Part shown: positions 14,756 to 28,000 of the stretch, in pieces
Numbering within the stretch: the stretch's first letter is position 1
How the letters are laid out: each line of letters starts with the position of its first letter
Source: Zancudomyces culisetae HAW-14-8
Lineage: Eukaryota; Fungi; Kickxellomycota
Direction: 5' to 3'
Assembly: GCA_052426225.1 (NCBI GenBank)
Contig: JBNJNM010000011.1
Span: 1,736,001-1,800,000, forward strand
Length of the DNA stretch: 64,000 nt
Program-made: the position numbers and the translations under genes
Notes under the pieces: generated by a model
What the model was told of the DNA's origin: nothing
Databases searched by the model: none
Seen by the model: the letters and a program-made list of their open reading frames with translations, nothing else

Positions 14756-15157
14756 ATGTTTAAACTATCAAAGGTTTTAGCAGTAGCAGCAATCTCTGCC
14801 ATAGCAAATCTCAGTTCAGTTGTAGTAATGGCTGGCGATGCCGATTACAATCAACCAGCACAACCCTATCAACAAAACGACTATGACTCAAATGGTGGCG
14901 ATTCCGGATATGATGCCAATCAAAACTATGATCAGCAAAACGGATACGTCCAGAACGACAATGGGTATGACCAAAACAGCTATCAAAATGGAGGCAAATG
15001 TTACGGCGACAAATACAAATGCATTGGACAAAACAACCCTGGATACCTTCAATGTGACCACGGCACATTCATCTTGAGACAATGTGGCCCTGGAACAGTT
15101 TGTGTTCAAAATGGAAGAGATAGCATTTATTGTGGATACCCACAGAAGTTATACTAA
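14756..15157 (+). CDS. secreted protein with Q/N/Y/D-rich repeats and a C-terminal CBM19-like domain, intronless
   Basis: Signal-like MFKLSKVLAVAAISAIANLSSVVVMA, then YDQN-type repeats, then six Cys including CGPGTVC. First ATG is at 14756 (the ORF track start is a GTG). Confidence 0.85.
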   Translation: MFKLSKVLAVAAISAIANLSSVVVMAGDADYNQPAQPYQQNDYDSNGGDSGYDANQNYDQQNGYVQNDNGYDQNSYQNGGKCYGDKYKCIGQNNPGYLQCDHGTFILRQCGPGTVCVQNGRDSIYCGYPQKLY

Positions 15158-16081
15158 GTAGGGTTTGTAGAGAATAACATCCTGCTTTCTCTTATCGCCT
15201 TATACTGCACATAGTTCAGTGTAAAAAAAGGGAGCGACTTTTTTCTCAAATAAGAGAAGATTATAACTTTCTTAGTTTCATTTGTACTTTCATTTTTCAA
15301 CTTTTGAATATCTAAATAAACTCATTTATTAAATTAAACAGGTGATATGAGCGTTGAATACGAGAAAATAATGCTAGTGGTGACATTTGTGAACTATGTC
15401 CTAAAAACAGTGCAAGAATTGCTTATAGGCTACTATCCAACTTCCTAACCTATGTTACAAAGACTATAACATGTATTTCTTTTGGCATCGTGCTTTTTGG
15501 GGCAGTTTAGTATTTCTATTGGATTTCTTCAAAATAAACAAATGCCTTGACAGTTTGGAAATATAAATTAATGGGTGAGGGGGATGGGAGGAATGAGATG
15601 TGAGGTTATGACAAGATATTTAAGCTCAAAATACACAGCCAATCATAGGTGGTTTTGATGTAAATAAGTTTGTATGAAAAAGCTGAGTTTGATTATGTTT
15701 AGTTTAAAATTGAGGTTTTGTAAAAAGGTAGAAAAAAAAAGAGAAAAATGAGCCAACGAAAAATCAGAAACGTTAGGTAAATAGAACGCATCCAAAAATA
15801 GAGCAATCTATCTTGCAGGATATTTAGAGGGAAAAGCCAAAAAAGATTCCAAGCAACTATTTTAACTTTACCATTCCTAATCAAAGGTGAAAAGCAGAGA
15901 AAATTGAAGCGTACAACCAAAACAAAATAAACACAGTTAGGGTCATAGTATTAAGAGTAGCAGTGTTGTCAACTACGAATGCAAGATCAACGAGATTGAA
16001 AGGATTCTAAAGAAGTATTCAAGTATTGCAGCAAATTTGTAAAGTAGAATTTAAACAGGAAGCAATAAGGGAGAACTGAAA

Positions 16082-19000
16082 ATGGTGGACGATAGAGTGA
16101 AAACTTTGGCAAATCAGATTCGTAAGCAGTTGTTTGTGGGAGTAGAGGATGACCCAAACACGCAAAATTTGTTTAAAGCAGGTAAGAATCGATAGGAGGG
16201 GAGGGTGATTAGCATTATACTCATATTCATGTAGATACGACAAAAATAATATGAACCTGAGTGTAGTGTCACTAATTTAAGAAGAAAAATAGATTGATTA
16301 GCTGTGTTTCTATTGTAAATAAGGTATACCAAGATATCAAGATACCAATAGCTAATAAAAATGTTGAAATAAACAAATAGTTGGATCGACAGCAAAGAGA
16401 GAGAGACTGTTGAATTTGGTCGAGGTCATAGCAAACGAGGATGAGGACGATATAAGTGACAAGAGAACAAAGATATTATGCATTACAGGTAAGAATCGAA
16501 CTGGCGAGAAATCTGTTTTTTTCCTCTTTCTTCATTCTGAAAAAAGGGGGTCCAATTTATACGTATTTGAGTAAAATATACCGTTTCTTTGTTAATAGTT
16601 AAGAGAAATAGAAAGTTGAGACTGCATCGTGTTAAGCATGTTGGGCAGGTGCTAATATCGAGCAAGCAATGGGGCTTAGATGAGATCAAATCGATAGAGT
16701 ACAAGGCGGTAAGTATTCACTATACAAGCCACAACTATGATGGCGGTATTTAGCGGATAGGGGATGATAAAAGAGGAATCAATTTTAAAAAAGTCGATTG
16801 ATAAAATAGGAAAGAAAGTTTAGTATTGGATTGAACAATCTCCATGAATACAGAACTACTGATGCACTACAGACGGAGGCATTTATACAGATGCTAGTCA
16901 CGGTAAATACTTGATTAATGATAGGGATTATTTGTGTAGAAAAGGCAGCTTGTGCGTTTATGTGCGTGGAATATGTTTAATAATAATATTTGGGATTCAA
17001 TATATATGAAATGTAGCTGTGTAATAAATACTCACAAAAACCACCGAAATATGTAAACATGGTCGGGGAGTTGAATAAAGGTAGGAATGAGAGAATATAA
17101 AAAATATGAATAGAATTAGATTGGTGTTGGTTATTTTAAGAAACAGAGAATAACATTTGCTATAAATAAACATTACAGGTAAAAAAGCTCCATCGAAACC
17201 AACAGAAAAAGGAAAAAGAGAAGAATCAGGAAAAAAACTAGTCAGAAAGCCAGATGCCGGAACTAAGACCAAAGAGCAGCCAAAGAGTGCAGTGAAACCA
17301 AAAGAAAGAACCACAACAACCCAAGTAGAGGAGAAGGGGAAGCGCGAGAAAGAGAGGCGAACCACGGAGACGGCTAGTGAGTCGAAGCGGGAAGAGGAGA
17401 GAAGAGAAAGAAGTGCAGAGGTGTCTGAACAGATTGGCGAGGGAGAGCAGGATGAGTATATAGATTTTGATTATGAGATAGAAGAGGGACAAGAAAACCA
17501 GCAAACGGCGGAAGATTTGCTATTGGACGAAACGTTTATGCTAAGTGCAGATGAGCTGTTGGGGGATTTTGGATGGCGCGCAAATATAGATGCAGCGGAG
17601 CTTGAATCAAGACTTATATCAGAGCTTTCGCGGCTTGATTCGGAAAACGTGCGGGCAGTTCTGGAGGCAGATAAGCGGGTACCGGTGGTGATTACAGAGT
17701 TGGACAAGGCGATTAATGAGCTGGAAGTGATGGATCAGCTACTAGAAAGGTATTTGTATGGGCTGGACTCTATGGGAGAAGATGTTCGAAAGATCCAGAT
17801 AGAGAACGAAAATCTAAAGATCGAGGAGCTTAACCAGCAAAAGCTGCTAATGGAGCTGGAAGGTATATTACGACTAATAGCAATGCCAGAGGAGCAGTTG
17901 CAGATTTTGCGAAAGGAATCATTGGACACACAGCAAGGGATAGATCGGGTCCAGCAAGTGGCGGCAATGTTGCAGCAAAAACTATCGACGGGTCTGGAGG
18001 GCCGGCTAGAGGAGATGGAGGCAGCGCGCGAGAAGAAGAAGAAATATGAGTTTTACTGTTCTAACTTCTCGACGCGGGTTTACGACTATCTCAAAGTGAT
18101 TATTCAGTTTAAAACGGAGGAAGCGCTTTCTAAGAAGCCGAAATCAACAGGTCGAAGACTCAAAGATATTGTTGCGCCAGCATATGTGCATGATAATCTG
18201 GTTCGATATACCGGATTCAATTTGTGGCTGCGCGAATTCAAGCCAGCTTCGGACAAAGAACTTCAGGCTCTGTATATCCAGACAATGAATAAGCTGTACT
18301 CTATTGAGGGAAATGATCTGATCGATTCGTGCCGCTTTTACTTTTTCAAATTGCGCAACAATACGATCGAATACCTATTTAGTCAACCAGCATCTGTTAC
18401 CACAAGCACACAGGCCGTGTCGTTCGGTACAAGAAGACCATCAGCAGACAAGCAAGATAGTGGGATGGGTGGAAACGTATTGATGGGTGGCGGGCGGCGG
18501 TCGGACAGTATTAGTGTGGACATGCAACCATACCAAGCGTTTTCTGCAGCCAGTAGAACGTTGATCACCAACGTAGTGGTCGAACAAAACTTTTTGGCAG
18601 ACTTTTTCCACTATGCACCGGCAAAGCCCAGCACAGGATCCAAAAAGGGCCGCAAAGTTGATGCGTACGATCCCAGCACGACGTCGGCCAGAATCACGTT
18701 CAACGAATGGGTGACAGGTGGCTGGGAGTCGATAGGCATGTGGTCAGTTCCACGTAAATACAAAGTACAAAGCAATATCAACACTGAAGTCAAAAACATT
18801 CTAGAGCTTTTGTTTGGCAATCTTAAAGCACACCTCGACAGCATGATCGATATGGGTACACGTTTTGATCCATCGCAGGCGTTGGGAATGATTGCTGCAG
18901 TGGAAGAATTGGAGGATATGTGTAAAGGTACTGACCAATTGTTTGCCATCCGTCTGCTCGAGGCGGCTAAAAAACGTCTGACTACTATTTTCGATCAGTT

Positions 19001-19796
19001 TGTACAAGCTCAGATGGCTGCCATTGACGATAAAAAACTTGTTACAAAGAAGCGATCTGGTGTGCAGCCAGCGGTTAGAATTTTTCCCAAGTTTCTTTCT
19101 CATATGGAGTCTTTATCTGGGCTCAATTCGCCTGAAGCCCAGGAACTTTCCAACCAAACCATTAGCAAAGTCGGTCAGCATATTCTGGACACCTTTGTTA
19201 ATCTTGTAACCGAATCCAAAACTGCGGCTCAGGGTAATGACAAGGATTTGTTGAAAGAATACCTCAATTCTCTAATTCTTGCCCTGACTAACCTTTCTAC
19301 TTTACGAGATGGTCTTGCGCCTCTCGTTTCCTCGTCAAAATCTGAGCGTTTGGGCACCTTCAATGTAGCCAAACACTTTTACAATATATCTTCCAGACAC
19401 GCTGCGACTTTCCAGCATGATTATGTGATGATTTTGATTCATCGACCTATGGGTCGTCTAATCGACTTTTTCTCTGTCGTTGATGATGCCTATTCTCGCC
19501 AACAATCTCCCGAGTTGATTCCTGGCCATAACCGTGCATCTTTGAAGAAACTAGTTGCTGCACACACCCAAAAAGAAGTCAAAGAGGCTGTCAAACTTCT
19601 GTACAAGCGTGCCGAAAAGCATCTTGGTAGCCAACCAGCGCTACTCAGTGCGGTGTGGCGGGAGGTCAGAGAAGATATGCTCAAACTCCACCAGAGTTTT
19701 ACTGCCACACTAACAAAGTTCTATACCGACTCTGGGATTACATTGGAGTTTAGACAGGCTGATTTATTACAGTGGCTTGATGAACAGTCTCGATAA
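16082..19796 (+). CDS. SEC3: exocyst subunit Sec3; exons 16082-16181, 16381-16488, 16599-16708, 16810-16902, 17017-17080, 17179-19796
   Basis: Five phase-consistent introns give an N-terminal PH-like domain (KILCITVKRN...KQWGLDEIKSIE...LCNKYSQKPP). The main ORF has the Sec3 coiled coil (LESRLISELSRLDSENV) and Sec3_C motifs (EQNFLADFFH, KKRSGV, LYKRAEKH). Confidence 0.88.
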
Positions 19797-20919
19797 TTTT
19801 ATTCGTTTATCTGTCTTGTGTACTTTCTCTATTTATTTCCTCGCCTACCTTCTATATATAAACACATATTTATAATTTATTCTTTTTCTTTTTCTTTTTC
19901 TTTTTGAGTATTCTGATTAAAATTTGTTTATAACAGAATCTATGGTTATATATATATATATATATACTACTTTACTTTGTATAGTGTTGTTTTTGTGTTT
20001 TCTGAGCTATTCTTAACACGTGTGGTTTTAGTCTCTGGTCTAGGTATTATTCTATAACCTGGATGGTATTATATTTGCAGATACAGTTAAGTTAGCCCAA
20101 TAAACGAGGTGATATAACGCATTGGCTGCTTGACACAAGTTTTATGTATTATATTTGAGGTTTTATATTTATCTAAAATTTTTAATATTCTTTATTTAAT
20201 GACATTAATAAGCTAATGTATTTGAAAAAAAGGAAATGAATATCAAAAAGTTTGCCTATGAATGAGGGGGAAGTGTCATACCTCCTGTAATATCGATTGT
20301 TAGGCGTTTGTATTTGAAGTTTAAAAATGTATTTTTATTATAGTGGTTTATGTATAAACTGCTTATTGAATCGTTTATCTGATGAAATGCTTCTATATTT
20401 TACAATAGAGTAAACTTGCGTGAATGAGTGAATGTGTGTAGTGGGGTGGGGAGAGAGAGGACCATTTCGATGAGTTCTCTCTTTCCACTTTTCCATGTTT
20501 GTAATTTACTGGACTGGAATCACAGGCATCACTATTGGCCGGGAATAAACTTACATAACAGAGAGCAGAGATTATTAAAGAAAAAATTTTTTCCCAATAG
20601 AATTCCAACCATTTGGTAAAAAAACAAAAAAAAAACGAAAAGAATACGAGGAAAAGTGGAAAAGTGGTAAAAATGGAGCAAAAGAATAAAAGAACAAGAA
20701 AAAAAAATAGTAAATGGGAGGAGGGTTTGTTTGATATAATAAGCTAGGAAAAACATTTTCTTTCTTCTTTGTTTTATATTCTAAACAAAAAGTAAATATA
20801 AACCAAACTTGTAAATACTAAATAAGATTTTACCCAAGATTGTTATAAATCATATTATAATAATCCAACACAAGGGCATATTATACATATTATCCATAGA
20901 CTTTTATTAAAATATATAA

Positions 20920-23671
<2,752 letters not shown>

Positions 23672-25009
23672 GGAAGGAATGTTATTAAATTAAAATAGGT
23701 CACTTTGTTTGGATAATTTGAGGTGGTCGTATCATTTATTGTTTTATAAATCATTTATTATTGTTTGCTAATAAAGGAACAATTCATATTCATCAAACAC
23801 AGAAAAAAAAAGAAAAAAAGACGAGTAAAATTTTCGCGATTTTGGCAAAAATAAAAAAAAATAAAAATAAAAAAATAACAGCAATCTACTGTTATTTATT
23901 TGACTTGTTCGTTTTATTTTGCAAAAAAATTTTCTTTTGGAGTTTAACTAGTGTTATAAAGGAGAAGAAAAAAAAACTAGTAAACTAGATGGTAAAATAA
24001 AAAATAGAGTAAAATAAAGCAAAACGGAATGAAATAAAAAATCAATGTAACGTACTTGAGGATTTTGTTGTTTTAAATTCAAATAATATTTGAAAAGAAA
24101 AGGAGAAATTAATTTTTATTATTTTAGAATACCTAAATAATAAAGCAAGGATAGTAGTAATAACAAGAGGAACTTTTAGAATACAAACATTATTTAAGGT
24201 AATTAAAGAGAGGATATTATACATTAACAATTTCAGACTTTTTAAATGTAAAAAAAATACAGCACTTGAAACAAAAAACAAACGTTTAAATAATAATAAT
24301 AATGTAATACCCAAATCAATTTCAATTCTTTAATGACTATTTCACTTGTAAATTGAAAGCTTTTATAAATATAAATTATAAATGTATTTTAGAAATATAG
24401 AAACTCTTTCCCCCCCCATTCTCTTTTTTATTATTATTTACCAGTACAAGGGATTCAAATAGATAAAAATAAGAATAAGAAAAGGAGCGGATGGAAAGGC
24501 CAATGCTGTAGAGTAACATTATTATAATTAACATTGACGAATAAGAAAATAAAGACAAAAACGAAAAAAGAAAAAGGAAAAACGAAGGGGAAAGGAAAGG
24601 AAAGGAAAGGGAAATTGTATCCAAATAGTTGTATGGAAGAACCCATTTGAATCGAGAAAACAAAAAACAAAAAACCTAGTATTTTTTATTAATTTTCTTA
24701 AAAGGTAAAAACATATATAATTGTCATTATTGATACCATTAATGATTGGAATTGGGTTTTGATCAAGAATAATGAATTGATGAATTTAAATATGGAAATG
24801 AAAATGAAAATGAAAATGGAAATAGGTACGGAGTAACCCACACAAACTTTTTACAAAAGATTTTATTTTTTAATGAAAAGAGAACAAGACGAGGAATAAT
24901 AAGGGAATACAAAAGTATAATTTAAGCAGGGATAAAGCAATCAATTGCAGAATCAAAATAGAAAAAAGTTGGGAAAAGAATTGTTTTGTAATTGTAGTTG
25001 GTTTCCAGA

Positions 25010-28000
25010 ATGCAAGTAGATGAAGCAACAATAGATAGAACAACAAAGCAAACGGAGGAGGCAGTGCGTATGAATAATGTTGGTGGAGGTAGAATGATGG
25101 AGGAAGGTGGTAGTGATGTGTTTGAAGAGTTGGATGGTGAAGAAGAAATATATAGAAAAACAGGGGGAACACCAACCGTAAGAGGGTCTGATAGTGATAT
25201 TAACAGCACTGAAGGTGAAGGTAGTCCAGTAGTCCATAAAACAAACAGGACGCAACAAGGTTTTTATAGTCATAATAACAACAATAACAATAAGAATAAT
25301 AATAATGTATTTGATTCAGCTTCAGACTCGGAGCTTGATTTGGACTTGGATATGGAAGGATATTCATCATCAAGTGCAAGTGAGAAAGAAAAACAAGATG
25401 ATGAATATATGGAATCAGACGCATTTAGTGAAGAAGAAGAGGAGGAAGAACAAGATAGTGATGATACTAGTGATGAAGAATGGGGTAAAAAAGCAACTAG
25501 TAAAAAGAAGAGAAGTGTGAAAAAGACAAAAAAGACAGGGAATAGAAATATGGTAGCAGATAGAAATAGAGGAGCAAAAGCGACAAAAAAAAGGCGGGTG
25601 GACAGCGATAGTGATAGTGAGGATTCTGAATATACAGAGGGGAGAGGTTCAAGGCGAACAAACAAGAAAAAAAACAAAAAGAGACGGTATGAAGAGTATA
25701 GTGGAGGCGGGACAAATTCAAATTCAAACTCAGAATCAGATTTTGAATACCGAGGCAAAAGAGGGAGTGGGTATGGAAGAAAGGCCAGAGCGACAACAGC
25801 AACGGTGCAGAGTTATAATGAGCAAAACGAGAGTAGTGCGGGCAGTAGTTTTGATGAAGAGATGGACGAGCGAGGAGGAGCGGGGTATGGCGAGCGTAAA
25901 CGGGCAAAGAGTAGCAAGCCAACAATGGTAGAGCCGACGATTGACGAGCCAGGAGAAGAGGATATAATTGAGACGATTAAAGATCACCGGCTGATTAATC
26001 AGGAGAAGCAGCAACTGGAGCCGGGAGAGGAAGTAGAGACAGGGGCAGAGGAGGAGACGTCGATGGAAGATATTAATGCGCTGGAGTTTTATGTCAAGTG
26101 GAAAGGATGGTCGTATCGACACAGTACGTGGGATACATATGCGAATTTGCGAGAGTACAAGGGGTACAAGAAGGTGGAAAATTATTTTAAATCGGTAGTG
26201 CTTGCGGAAGTGGCGGTGTTGGAAGACCCCGAGACATCGCAGGAGGTGATTGAACAAACCAACATTAACAAGGAGATTAACCGGCAGATTATGGCGGAGT
26301 TTAAGGAGGCAGAGCGGATTGTTGCAGAGAGAGAGTCGCGGGATCCGGCAGATCCAGAGGGGGCGATTGAGTACTTGGTGAAGTGGAAAAGGCAGCCATA
26401 TGGAGCATGTACGTGGGAAGCAGGAGAGGATATGCGGAATGAGTTTGCGGAGGTGGTGGATCGATACGTAGATCGCAGCAATTCGGATAAAGTAGCGTAT
26501 CGAAGCAGCAAATATGGACGCAAGCGACCAACGTATCAAAGAATACCGACACAGCCCAAATATCTAACGGGAGGCGAGCTGCGAGATTACCAGTTGACGA
26601 GTTTGAACTGGATGGCGCATTTGTGGAGTCGGAATGAGAATGGGATTTTGGCAGACGAAATGGGATTAGGAAAGACTGTGCAGACAATATCGTTTTTGGC
26701 GTATTTGTTTTATAGCATGCAAGTGTATGGGCCGTATCTGGTGATAGTTCCATTATCGACAATTGGGTCGTGGCAGCGTGAGTTTGCCAAGTGGGCTCCT
26801 GATATGAATGTAATTAGTTATACTGACGATGGTCGTAGTCGCGCCATTGCTCGAGAGTATGAGTTTTGGGAGGATGGGAATCGAGACAAAATCAAATTCA
26901 ATGCGTTGTTGACGACATATGAGTTGGTTTTAAAGGACCGCGATGTTTTGAAGGATATCAAATGGGCTTTTATGGCTATAGACGAAGCCCATCGATTGAA
27001 AAACAGCGATTCGCAACTACACGAGGCGCTGCGGTCATTCAAAGTGGCCAACATGTTGTTGGTTACGGGTACGCCGCTACAAAACTCAGTTAAGGAGTTG
27101 GTAACGCTGTGTCGATTTTTGATGCCAGACAAGTTTGACGATTTGGATATTGATTTGGATATCAAGATGGCCAACGATCCCGAACAAACAAAGACTATTG
27201 GTGAGCTGCATCGACGGCTTAAACCGTATATGTTACGAAGACTGAAAAAGGATGTTGAAAAGTCTTTGCCTCTGAAAACAGAACGGATTTTGCGTGTGGA
27301 GCTGGCTGCAATGCAGGTTCATTACTACAAGAACATTTTGACACGCAACTATGCTGTGCTAAACAAAGGAGTCAGTGGTGCAGGCCAGTTATCTCTGCTC
27401 AATGTTATGGTAGAGTTGAAAAAGGCTAGCAATCATCCGTTCCTGTTTCCCAATGCCGAGGTTATTAGTGCCAACGATTCAATAGCCGACCAGTTACGCG
27501 GAATTGTGTTGAACAGTGGCAAAATGATGTTGTTGGACAAACTGTTAACTAGACTACGACAGGGAGGCCATCGAGTGTTGGTATTTAGCCAGATGGTTCG
27601 CATGCTTGATATTATTTCCGATTATCTGTCGTATAAATCGTTGCCGTTCCAAAGACTGGATGGTTCAGTATCCAGTGAACAGCGCAAAAAGAGTATTGAA
27701 CATTTCAACATGCCCAACTCGGTTGATTTTTGTTTTTTGTTGTCTACTCGCGCTGGTGGTTTGGGTATCAATTTGGAGACTGCCGATACTGTTATTATCT
27801 TTGATTCTGATTGGAATCCTCAAAACGATCTTCAAGCAATGGCTCGTGCTCATCGGATTGGTCAGAAAAAGCAAGTGTCTGTATACCGGTTTGTTAGTAA
27901 AGGAACTATTGAAGAGGAGATTTTGGATCGAGCCAAACGCAAAATGGTACTTGAATATTGTATTATTAAGGGTATGGATACTAGTGGTTTGAATCTTAGT

